A DNA stretch of 64,000 bases from Octopus vulgaris (taxonomy: Eukaryota), in the NCBI GenBank assembly GCA_951406725.2, contig OX597827.1, positions 3,596,001-3,660,000 on the forward strand, read 5' to 3'. Each line of letters begins with the position of its first letter. Position 1 is the stretch's first letter. Of this stretch, positions 51,801 through 64,000 are shown piece after piece. A program made the translations under genes and the position numbers. Below the pieces are notes generated by a model, which ran no database searches, had not been told where the DNA came from, and saw only the letters and a list, made by a program, of their open reading frames with translations.

Positions 51801-52863
51801 TATATATATATATATATATATACATATTCAAGATTGTGAATGCATATACTCACATGTATGTATTCACAAAATGTGTGTATATATATACATACATTACATG
51901 TTTACAAATACAGACAGAACAAGAGAAACAAAGATTTTGATGTTTTATTTAATTTTCTTTATTTCAAATTTATATTACAGATGACATGTCGATGGAACTT
52001 TCTGGATGGCATCACTTACAGGAAACAGAATGGCAGAGGAAATTGTGTATATTTGTGTCACTGTGTGCATGTGTATGCATATATACACACATATATGTGT
52101 GTATATATACACACATGCACTTGTATATGCATGTAAATTTTAATGTATGAATGCATCAGTTTACAATTTGTTCTAGATCTGTATTATAAATTCATTGTTC
52201 GATATATATATAAATGTATATCATTCAAGCAAAAACATATGTACATATATACATATAAATACATAATCGAGTATGTATTTGATTAATTCTCATATTTGAC
52301 ATTTGCATATACACATGTATATACAGACACACATATACCTATTTATGTACAAACATATACCCATAAATACAAAGATATGCAGACATTCACATTTGCACAC
52401 ACATATACACATATACACACATGCAAATGGATATGCATGTATTTGATATGAAATACCTGCAAAAATAATATAATAGTTTATATATATATATGTATATATA
52501 AACTATTATATGCATATGTATATTATCTAAATATATATATATATATATATATAATATAAGTATGTATGTATGTATATCTAAAGGGGAGAGAATGCAGTAA
52601 AGACAAACTTAAAATATGCTTAATTCTATAAGTTTATATAGAAAGGGCTTTGATTATGTCATAATTGAGTCTTCTTTGCAGTTTTGTGAGACTCAGCATG
52701 GATGTATAAAAATAGTTTTAAAAATGATAACTGTCTTAGTTGGAAAGAACAACTGTCCTCTAACAGTTAACAAGATTAAGGATTGAAATAATCTGTTTTT
52801 CAGGTAAAACATGGTCCTAGCCAGAGGATGCATATACATACATACATATATGCACACACACAC

Positions 52864-52928
<65 letters not shown>

Positions 52929-52935
52929 CATACAT

Positions 52936-52967
<32 letters not shown>

Positions 52968-53941
52968 TATTGTTATTATTATTACTATTACTGTTATAAA
53001 TTAAACTGTCTGATTCAGTCCTGTGCAAATTTCTTAGGCTTGTTGCAGGAACCTAGCTTGTCAGGCTCAGGTGGTCAAATGCCAGAGAGGCATATTTTTG
53101 TGATGAGCATATGAAATTTGCATGGGCTGAATCAAACTGTTTTAAATAATGATATATGTAATTCTTACTAAATGTGTTGAGAGCCACTTTCTTTCATCTG
53201 TTTGTCCACTCACTCCTATGTATATATGTATGTACAATTCGTATCTAATATATATACATATACACATTTTACCTTTTATATATATATATATATATACATG
53301 TAAATATGTATGAATTCATGCAGGCACCAGCCCTGATATCACAGACACTGGGTATGTTACTTCTCTGACATTACAAAAGATTGTCACCTATGTGTGGTCA
53401 GCAGTTATTGATTGTTACAAGTATACCAAATACAATAAATTAAATTGTTTGTCCAATCAGTTTTTTATTTTGTTCTTGTTTTGTTTTTTTCCATGGATTC
53501 TTTTTCCCCAAAAAAAATTGTTTCTACCATAATTTTTGTCATTTTCTCTTATTACTGTTTTTGTAAATTGCTGAAAAGCTTCTTTGGATGCAATATTTTC
53601 ACACATTTTGTTATTGTAGTCTTGTCTTCTCATTTCAGTTTCAGACATTGGAATAGAAAAAAAAAAAGTATGAAGTAATTTTATTCACTGTATTATTCAC
53701 TGTGAGGTTAAAAATGATAATGAAAATTAAATGTAATAGAGGGCCAGAAATTTTAAAGAAGGATTTAATCAATTTAATTGAAATTTTGAATTTGACCAGA
53801 GGTTTCATTATTTCACCGATCATGGAGGAATGTAAGATGAAGTCGTCTGCAATAAGGTTTGAACTCAGAACATAAAGGGACATAACTAAAATACAACAAA
53901 ACATTTGCTTAGTATTGTACTGATCCTACCACTTACTAAAC

Positions 53942-53994
<53 letters not shown>

Positions 53995-54186
53995 CCTTTC
54001 TACTATAGGCACAAGGCCTGAAATTTGGGGGGAGGGGGATAGTCAATTACATTGACCCCAGTGTTTCACTGTTACTTAATTTATTGACTCCAAAAGGATG
54101 AAAGGCTAAGTCAACCTTGGTGGAATTCGAATTCTGATTGTAAGGATGGATGAAATGTCGTTAAGCATTTTGCCCAGCATGCTAAC

Positions 54187-54248
<62 letters not shown>

Positions 54249-54471
54249 CAACAGCAACAACAGCAATAATAATAATAATAATTTTTTCAATTATAATTAT
54301 TATCATATATCCAAGTAAGAAGTTATTGGCAAGTATAATAAGTAGGGTCCTGTTCAAGCACCAAACACAGTTCTTTTATTTATCAAAGCACCTTTATGTC
54401 ATTTTAGATTTGTTGTTGGGGAGTTACATGAGTCACATCTCCAGCAATAACATTTATTATTTCATCCTCAG

Positions 54472-54562
54472 GAAATATATTGTAGAGGAAATTGCGAGTG
54501 AGATACGTCAAGTGTCTCAAATAGCCAACCAAATATGCCACACCACATCACCCGATCGATGA
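54472..54562 (+). CDS. Candidate terminal exon (KYIVEEIASEIRQVSQIANQICHTTSPDR*)
   Basis: Good acceptor taacatttattatttcatcctcag, open frame with helical pattern, TGA stop, non-repeat context. Confidence 0.4.
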
Positions 54563-55840
54563 GACATGATTTAGGATATAAAAACCGTATCAGATCATAA
54601 TATCCTATCTGTTTATCACTGCCTCTTTATTCTGCCTGTGATGTTGATTGGATCTGATTTTTGCAAATTTTGTGTTTGATGTAGCTATGAGATAGGATAT
54701 GGCCAAAAAGCCACCATATGGATAATAATAAAAAGATTATGAACATTTCCTATCTTAGAATATGAAAATCCTTTTAGTTTATTACAGCTGATGTTATTTT
54801 TGCTGGCTACTTAGAAATAACCCTATTACTGTTTGTAAGCACTTACATATGAATCTCATTAACAGCCTTATATGATAATAAACTGGAGAATTCATTATAT
54901 GTAGGACTAGGTTGTACTTGGTTCGGTTCAGTATTGCAGGCTTTGCTATCTTGTATGGAAGTACAGTGAAGTAAGTCTCTCTGGATGTCACTCTCTTCAA
55001 GACTTAGGACTCGTAGAGCCAGTTATTCAGTTTCCATGGTGTATAAGTAACTGAAATCACACCATTCTTTCAGGGTTACTCATTTACAGCTGAATGAACT
55101 GGAGCAAGGTGAAAATAAAGTGTTTTGCTCAAGAACAAAATATACCACCCGGTCTTGGAATTGAAACCAAGATCTTATGATCAGGAGTGCAACTCCCCAA
55201 CCATTAGGCCACATGCCTGATGATGAAGATACAATCCAAAAATATAGTGACTGAGTATCTTTGTTATGTAATATCTCAGTCTGTGGAGGGAATATGGAAG
55301 AGAGAAGAGAGAATAAAATGTTTTTTGCCAGAAAATTTTAATATATATAACCTCAGATCATCTAAATGTCAGCAACAAGGATTGATATGCTTTGTCCAAT
55401 CCATAAGGAGATTTATCTTTCAATAACTAAGTGCCATGAAACTGGAGTTAATTGCATAGATCTTACAGGTTGTTTTGTGAATGTTAAAGGCAGGTTCTTC
55501 TCAGGGATGTGATTAATTTGTTAAGCAGTGTCCCCAACACACACTCGAGTGGGGATTTAGCAAAGTTCAATCTGTTGCAAGCATTCAAACCAGGTTCTAG
55601 TCAGAGAATAATTTCCTTCTCACCTGCCAATCCCATATACCTTGAATAAGGTTATGGGTGCTGTTTTTATTCAGTTTTACTGATTGCATGTATGTAAGTG
55701 TGAGTGTATCTGTCTATGCATGTATATATACATGTCTGTATGTATGCATACAAATATATATATATATATATATATTTATACCCAGGTATCGGTTATCATT
55801 TGAATTATCCATAATAAGATAATTCATTTCTCTACTTCAA

Positions 55841-55895
<55 letters not shown>

Positions 55896-56477
55896 GTATG
55901 TGTGTACATACATACACACATACATGCAGGCTTGCACACTCACACATTCAGGGAGACAATCATTTGCCCAAAACATCTTCCAGGTTTTTGGAATATAAAT
56001 TTTTTATATTCAGCCTTAATTTTTGCCAAAGACATTTTTTATGTGTGATTTTGAGTATGTATATACTGATTGAAACCAAACAGAAAAGTAGATAGATAGA
56101 CAAAGGGACAAGACAGAGGTGTGTGTCCTATATATGACTGAATAACTAAGAAGCTCATCAGATCCTAAGTTTAATTACACTGAGTTACATTTTGAGAAAG
56201 TGTTGTCACAAGTGTTCTAAATAAAACAGGGTAGATGGAAATTGTGTTGAGGCCCATCACATAAACTACACCTGTAATTCAAAGAGGTGTCCTCTCAATT
56301 CTGCTTGAGGATCATGTTAAGTGTAGAAGTATCTGTGGAATATTCAGTCAGATACTTTATACTTCCAAGAGCAAGTAGTTTGGATGATGGAACAAGAGGA
56401 ATATTCATTGTTTAAACTGACAGAGGAGCCATGTTGCTTATTTTGAATAATTGCTTAATAACTTATATACATAATCG

Positions 56478-56649
56478 CAGGCATGGGTGTATGGTAAGAA
56501 GCTTGTTTCCAACCACATTGTTCCGGGTTCAGTCCCACTGCATGGCACCTTGGGCAAGTGTCCTCTACTATAGTCTCAGGCAGACCAAAGCTTTGTGAGT
56601 GGATTTGGAAGATGGAAACTGAAAGAAGCCCATCGTATATATGTATATG

Positions 56650-56693
<44 letters not shown>

Positions 56694-56871
56694 CATATAC
56701 ATATATATATGTTTGTGTGTCTCTTTTTGCCCCCCCCCCCACCATCTCTTGACAACTGATGGTGGTGTGTTTATGACCCCGTAACTCAGTAGTTCGGCAA
56801 AAAGAGACCGATAGAATAACTACTAGGATTACAAAGAATAAGTCCTGACTGAATAAAGTAAAAGAATCAAA

Positions 56872-56875
<4 letters not shown>
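56478..56875 (+). mobile_element. tRNA/CORE-type SINE
   Basis: Same family as 27891 and 39945. Confidence 0.9.
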
Positions 56876-56913
<38 letters not shown>

Positions 56914-56949
56914 TATGAAAATAAAGTTAGATAAGGCCAATTTATGGGA

Positions 56950-57545
56950 TTACCTTGGGTTTCAAGCCCTTAAAATGCTTAGCTTTAAAGTGTATCATCA
57001 AATGGTAGCAACACCAACAAATACAGCCCTGCCCCAACCACGGAGATACATCAGTTGCTCTGGGATCACGTTCAAACAATGCCTCTCCAACCACAGTTCC
57101 TCATTCAGGATACGGTAGCTGAAAGATGACGAGATCCTAAACAAAATATCATGGACAATCCTAGAATATCCATAAACGGGACCAGCACTCTAAATTAGGC
57201 ATAGCGGAACATTAAGGATTCTAAAGGATTCCCTTAGCCTAGGGAAAATCCTTAACTCCAGAATGGAAGCCTTTGGACCATGCTTGCATTTCAGGAAATT
57301 CCTGCTGACCTATTGGAACCCACAAGATAACTGGGTCACCTGCAATTGATAGCTGAAGGGAGACAATCCCCTGTTGTCAACATTAAGTAGTGAGGTCCTT
57401 TCCTCCTCTATATTTTAGAGGGGCCACTACTAGAGAGGCATTAAGCCAACAGGTTTTGGGATCTGATGATACACCATAAAGCTAAGCTTTTTATAGACAT
57501 GAAACCCAGAGTAACCCCATAAACCGGCCTTTATATGCTTTTATC
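56950..57545 (+). mobile_element. Penelope-like element 3' end (decayed GIY-YIG endonuclease plus pLTR)
   Basis: KVYHQMV...RRYISCSGITFKQCLSNHSSSFR, ISWTIL, ILNSRMEAFGPCLHFRKFLL; followed by HHR; (TA)n on both sides. Confidence 0.75.
57458..57518 (+). ncRNA. Type-I hammerhead motif in the Penelope-like pLTR
   Basis: gggat-CTGATGA-...ataaag..ttttat...-GAAA-CCCAGAGTA-acccc; stems partly decayed. Confidence 0.6.
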
Positions 57546-57592
57546 TCTCTCTCTCTTTTTATCTATCTAATCTATCTATCTATATATCTATA

Positions 57593-57670
<78 letters not shown>

Positions 57671-58527
57671 CATATAAATATATATATATATAATTATATA
57701 TATGTATATATAAATACCTATTAATTCTATCTATATACATACATACATACATACATGCATACATACATACATATGTATGTATGCATTATATACACATATA
57801 TATAAACACACATGCACATATATTTTCTGTAATTATGTAATATATTCATTTATAGAGAAGCTTTCCACACAGATAATGCATTCCCTTATTCATGGACAAA
57901 ATAAATTTAAAAAATTAAAGAGAGAAAGAGAGACAGGAAGAAGAAGAAGTAAAACAAAACAACCCTAAAACTGAAACATGTACACACTTCTATAGCCACA
58001 ATATATACTGCGTAATAGTTACACACACACAATTCATACATAAATATTTGAATGAGATATTTCTCTAAAATCTGGCAATCTTATTGTTCCTGTTGCTAAA
58101 TTTTTAGTAAAATACATTTTTAAAAAAAATAAAAAATAAAAAGAAGAAATGAAGGAAGAAAGTTTTGAGGTAATTTTGACCATTGTTCAGAATTTCCTCC
58201 CTCTGGTAAAATTCTGTAATGATTCTAGCATCTTGAATTGTATCGTAAGATTGAACATTGGACAAAGCTAGATATCACTCTGCAAATTCACCCTGATATT
58301 ACCTGATATGCACACAGAGACAGACATACATATGAATGTATAAATATAAATATAAATATTTGCATATATATAGATTTATATATGACATGATATATATATA
58401 TGTGTGTGTGTATATTTGTGTGTGTGTATTTACAATCTATCTCTCACACGCACAGCTTTTTGTATGTGTAAGAGAGCATGCGTGTGTATGTATGCATGTA
58501 TGCATTTAATGCATAGATGCATATATA

Positions 58528-58568
<41 letters not shown>

Positions 58569-58600
58569 GCAGATATATACATACACATACACCCATATGC

Positions 58601-58647
<47 letters not shown>

Positions 58648-58891
58648 TATACATATAAATGTGTGTGTATACATATATGTATGTACATATATGTGTGTTG
58701 TGATTGTACAGACATAAATGAATGTATAAATATATATACAAAATATAATATAGATAGTTGTTTGTGTGTGTTTGTATGTGCATGCTTATTGATATATATA
58801 TATATATATATAAAATATATACATATATATAATATAATTTGTATGCATATACATATATATACACATGCACACACATATATATGTATGTATA

Positions 58892-58925
<34 letters not shown>

Positions 58926-58937
58926 CATATATACATA

Positions 58938-58969
<32 letters not shown>

Positions 58970-59363
58970 GCATACATACACACACTCACACAATGAAATA
59001 GAATAAGATATCCTGCATCTATTTTGTTGAAAAACAGCAATTTTATATCCTTGTAACCATTAAATGAAAATGTTTAAAATGGTGTAAAATATTTCTTGCT
59101 TGTTCTCTCCCCCCACCACACACACACACACACACACACCATCTTCCTCCCTTTGTTAACATTTTGCAAAAGTAACATAATTCTTACAAAAATTTTCTTA
59201 TCTTCTTTTTCTTGTTTTCCTCAGTACAACAGTTTTTTTTAATATCCATTTTGCTTGCTTTTTGTTTTTGAATTATGTTTTTTCTTGTGTTTGTATGTAA
59301 TATTGTTTGTTAAGTTTACCTGTACATGTTTTGTTTATAAATATGGTGTTTTTTTGTTTTTTT

Positions 59364-59671
59364 TCAAGAATATGAGATCTTTGGTACTGCTGGTAATGGT
59401 TTGTTATAGGTCATAAAACAATCCCTCATCGGTAGATTCCAAGTCTCTGACGGTACTGTAGTAATATTGCTGTTATTGGTTGTGGTATTGTTGGTTGCAC
59501 TGCTTACTCTAAATGACTTTAGGTCAATGACATCGTTTGAGGGTGTGTTCTGGCCACTGTCTGATAGGTAGCTGTCCTTGCTGCTAGTAGTACATTTTAT
59601 TTTGCCAAGTGTCTGTGATAAGGACTTTAAATCTCCACATTTTAATTCTTTTAACTGAGATGATTTAAGAC
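59364..59671 (-). CDS. Terminal coding exon of an unidentified gene (Ser/Thr/Asn-rich tail ending ...TYNKPLPAVPKISYS*)
   Basis: Acceptor gttctaattttcatag|g, 101 uninterrupted codons in AT-rich DNA, TGA at 59366-59364, A-rich UTR-like sequence follows. Confidence 0.7.
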
Positions 59672-61922
59672 CTATGAAAATTAGAACACAGAAAAAAAAT
59701 AATGTCCGTTAATATGAAGTCATCCAAAGAAACATAAATAGGGATATTTTTTTAAATAGTTTATTTTTTTGGTCAAATTCCATCAATATCAAGTTTTATC
59801 ATTAAATTTTGCATTCAAAACTGGTGTTATTTTTACCTGATAATTCTTCATAGTGTCCATTGTTTCTTTCAAGACAATTTTGACCATTGTTAATATGAGA
59901 AAATACTGTAAGCATTTCTTTGCAATGGTCAGGTGCCATAATCACACAGTCCTCTAACTTGTTAACACCAGATGTCATTGTGGCCTGAAGATTTTTTAAA
60001 AAGAAATCAGTAAGTTAGGACAAAAACATTTCTTTAAAAAAATTTAAGATGGAAAACACTAAAAATCAAATTAATAAAATAAAGAAACAAGGAATAAAAT
60101 TTCTGAACAGGTGTTTTTAGATTGTAAAATCCTCTATGCCCTATGTATACCTATGTATACATTAGTCCTTCATCGGAAGATCTTTCAGTGAAAATCAGCA
60201 GAGAATCAGTAGATCAGTTTATCTAGCTGTAGTCATTTTACATTGGCTTAAAATTTAGAACTCAGAACATCTGAATTCCTATTCTAATGAAGCTAGTGAG
60301 GATTTTGAGAGATATTTGGCTGGTTGGATGAGTAAGTAGCTATTTAGTTTCAGGTCAGCTGTTATTGAGCAAACTAATGATAATTAACGACATTTAAAAC
60401 ACAATCCCATCTTTAAACAGAATAAATGCTGTATACAGGTCAGTTACTTGTTTTAGATGACCCACGGTAACTTACTCTTTATCCTGCTTTTGTGCAGTCA
60501 TATGGTATAAATAAAATCGTGTGATTTATATTTTTTGGTAAATCTTATGTAATGCCACCATCCTTAGTGACTAATAGCCAAGGTCGTATTTTTATAAAGG
60601 TGTGCTACTTTCATGGTATTTCTGTCTTTTATATTTTCTGCACTATTCATAAAAGGATTTCACTGTACAAATACTTTTCTCACTGCTTCTATTTCACATT
60701 CTGCTTTTCTACATTGTAACAATAATTTCTTTCTTTTTTTTTTATTTTATCATTGAATGATCATTCTATCATTACCAATTCAATCCTGAAAGACGGAATA
60801 AATACTTTCACTTAATATGAGACAAGTGGAGGTTACATTCTTTGTTTGGGGCCACACCACCATGGTTATAGAAATGTTGGAAATCAAGACTATGAAACAC
60901 TTAGAGCTTGCAGCTAAATTAGAATCAAACAACACACATTTTCTAAGATGCGATTCAACTTCACCATATTATCTTTCCTTTTGTTATGAGAATTCTGTGA
61001 AAATAATAATTGATGGCTTCAGTAGAAAGCTGCTTGGACAAGTGCCAAGGCTTTATCAACCTAGGTCAGAATGCCTGGATGAGGTTAAATGTTGTAAGAC
61101 CCCAAACACCCAGTGATTCCATTATACAACACTGACAATATGTCTACCCATTACATCTGTAGATGTAAGTTGAATTATCCAACCATCTATAGACAGACAT
61201 ACATCAGATCATCATCATTATCGTTTTGCATTTGTCTTCCATGCTGCTTAGTCAGTCAAAGGACTGCATCAAGCTCCAATGTCTCCTCAGGCATGTCTTT
61301 TACACCTGGATGCCCTTCCTAATGCCAATCACTTAACGAAGTGTATTGGGTGCATTTTTTCATGGCACCAGCACTAGTGAGGTCGCCAAGTAACATGCAC
61401 AAGAAAGAACAAAAGAAAGAAAGAAACAAACAAACAAACAAATAAACAACAAAAGTAAGTTGGAGCACTGATGGCTGATATGAGAAGGTATTGATAGCGA
61501 TAGCAGATGTGGAAGGGTGTCTAAGGATAAAGTATAACAGTCATAAGATGTAATTTAGATGAGAGTAACATATAACTGGAAGAAGAAAATGGGTGGTCAG
61601 TGGAAAATAAAATAAGAAGAGATAATAGTGAGAATAAGGGATGTATGTTAAAGGAAACGGTTTGAAGGTGGGGGTGGAGACAACTACTAGCACAAAGGGG
61701 GTAAAATATGTGTAGACTCTGCTGCCATATGATTACAGCAGGTGAATAATGTGGCATTGTTAGAAGAGTGATGAGTGGGGTGAGTGTTAGAAAGACGAGA
61801 GGTGAGAGCATTGGTGTAGAGGCAGGGCCTATTGCATGTATATACTTGTGTGTGTGTGTGTTGCATATGTACATAATAATTTCCTGTGTATAAGACAAAC
61901 GATTTCTATATATAAAAGTAAC

Positions 61923-62154
61923 AAGGTGGCAAGCTGGCAAAAACGTTAGCATGCCAGGCGAAATGCATAGCTGTATTTCGTCTGCTGCTACGTTCTGAGT
62001 TCAAATTCCGCCGAGGTCGACTTTGCCTTTTATCCTTTTGGGATCGATAAATAAAGTACCAGTTACGCACAGGGGTCGATGTAATCAACTTAATCCATCT
62101 GTCTGTCCTTGTTTGTCCTCTCTGTGTTTAGCCCCTTGTGGGTAGTAAAGAAAT
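61923..62154 (+). mobile_element. SINE
   Basis: Same family as 35268. Confidence 0.9.
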
Positions 62155-62189
62155 ATATATTTAAATGTATCAAAATATTTCCCGACATC

Positions 62190-62600
62190 GCATACCTAGA
62201 AAGTTCTCTAAAGGTAGTAGATAGTTTCTGTTACATAGGTAACCGAACAAGTAGTGGAAGACAATGTCTTGAAATGAAAGTATAGTTGCTAGATTAAGAA
62301 CAGGATGGATAAAGTTTAGAGAGTCATTACTTTTGTTGCTGACAAAAGGTCTCTCTCTTTCTCTCACTCTCTCTCTCTCTCTTGCTCTCTCTTTGAGTGA
62401 AAGACAAATTGTACAATGCTTGTGTACAAATAGCAATGCTACATGGCAGAGAAACATGGACCCTGAATGCAGAGGACAGGCTATGACAAGAAAAGAATGA
62501 AGCTTGTATGCTTCTGATGGATGTACAACATCAGTGTGCATATGCTACAAAGTGGAAATGTATTGAGAGAAGAATTGTGTATAAAAGGAATCACCTGTAA
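62190..62600 (+). mobile_element. Decayed RTE fragment
   Basis: VVDSFCYIG, ARLRTGWIKFRE, LYNACVQIAMLHGRETW; homologous to 47160-47480. Confidence 0.8.
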
Positions 62601-62801
62601 TTTGGTAGTGACAGAACCATGCTACAGGTTTATTATACTGCTGCTCTCCATCCTTCCTGTACTGCCACTTAAAAACTCTTTCTGGAGCCATTTGTGATCC
62701 CCTTTATATGAATATTTTCCTTCACCCTTATACATTATACACATATATAAATATGCACATTAATAATACATACATACATACATACATATATATATATATA
62801 T

Positions 62802-62857
<56 letters not shown>

Positions 62858-62980
62858 TGTATATATATATATACATAAATATATATATATATACATAAAA
62901 TATATATATATATATACATATATATGCATATATAAGCATATATATATATATATATTTATGCACATATATATGCATACAAA

Positions 62981-63245
62981 TGTATATACAGACAATAAGA
63001 AAATGGAGGAAAATCAACAAATAGAAGTGTATCTTTGGTGCTAAAAAGCCAAGATACACTTCTATTTGTTGTTTTCCCTCTATTTTCTTATCATCTATGT
63101 ACACATTAAACTACGGTTTACCTTTTCAAATTACCTGCTGCCGTATACCTTATGCTAAGGACCATACTTACTGAGGTGATTGCCAGGAGTGCCTCTGGAT
63201 ACTTCTACACCTTAGAGGGCTTAACACCTCTAACTTATACCTTAT
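62981..63245. repeat. Foldback (62981-63105) plus tail between (TA)n tracts
   Basis: caacaaatagaagtgtatctt / aagatacacttctatttgttg with imperfect extension. Confidence 0.8.
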
Positions 63246-63258
63246 ATGTATATATATA

Positions 63259-63360
<102 letters not shown>

Positions 63361-64000
63361 ATATATGCATATATATATATGTATGTATGTATATATATGC
63401 ATATATATATATGTATGTATATGCATATATATATATACACACACATTCACCTACACACATATCACACACACACACATGCACTTATATAAACAGAAATCTT
63501 ACTCTACGGCATGTATTGAATATGTCTTCCTCTTCCAAAAAGAAACATAGGAGATAAATGGAGAAAAAGCAGTGTGTGTGTGTATGTGTCTGTGAAAATA
63601 TATTTTGAGAAAAGATACAATGTATGAGTATATGTCGACAACAGATTATTTTGTCAACACATTTTTGTGTGCCAAACCAATAGTTGATGGACGCCATGCT
63701 ATATTACTGATGTATAATGAAGGAAAGTAAGACATCCAGCTTTAATAGCCAGAGTGTGATCAGGTGAGCATGTACAATGTAGTCAGCATACAAGAGTGTG
63801 GCTGGAGTTGAAAAAGTCATACAAAATTTGTAGTAGAAAATTGTGCTGGTAGGTGGACTTATGTAGTTAATGCACCATAGTGTTGGTTGGTAGACAAATA
63901 TATATAGTATATACTGTTAGTACACAGTGGTCATGTTGGCAGACCCCAAACTATTATTGTAATATTTAAGAAAAGAGAGAGAGATATGAATAAAAATGTT

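Noticed and set aside
60817-61116. 99-aa ORF
   Set aside because: No recognisable motif; lies antisense within the presumed intron of the minus-strand gene

Overview
AT-rich, microsatellite-saturated animal DNA. The SINE and RTE repertoire looks like a coleoid cephalopod (Octopus-like); this is recognition from memory, not a database result. Almost all ORFs in the track are (TA/CA)n artefacts. Most of the window is decayed mobile DNA: tRNA-derived SINEs, RTE/CR1/RLE LINE pieces, a Gypsy LTR element, Tc1/mariner, hAT, MULE-like, piggyBac-like and Helitron elements, often nested. Host-gene evidence is sparse: one convincing terminal coding exon (59364-59671, minus) and a few weaker plus-strand candidates. 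The most notable signal is about 10 type-I hammerhead ribozyme motifs with short, mostly palindromic stem III, spread over at least 6 unrelated short repeats that sit next to (TA)n tracts. One follows a Penelope-like GIY-YIG remnant, some are folded back into hairpins, one is in a tRNA-headed SINE, and one lies at the centre of a ~5 kb inverted duplication. All alignments were read by eye, so boundaries of decayed elements are approximate.
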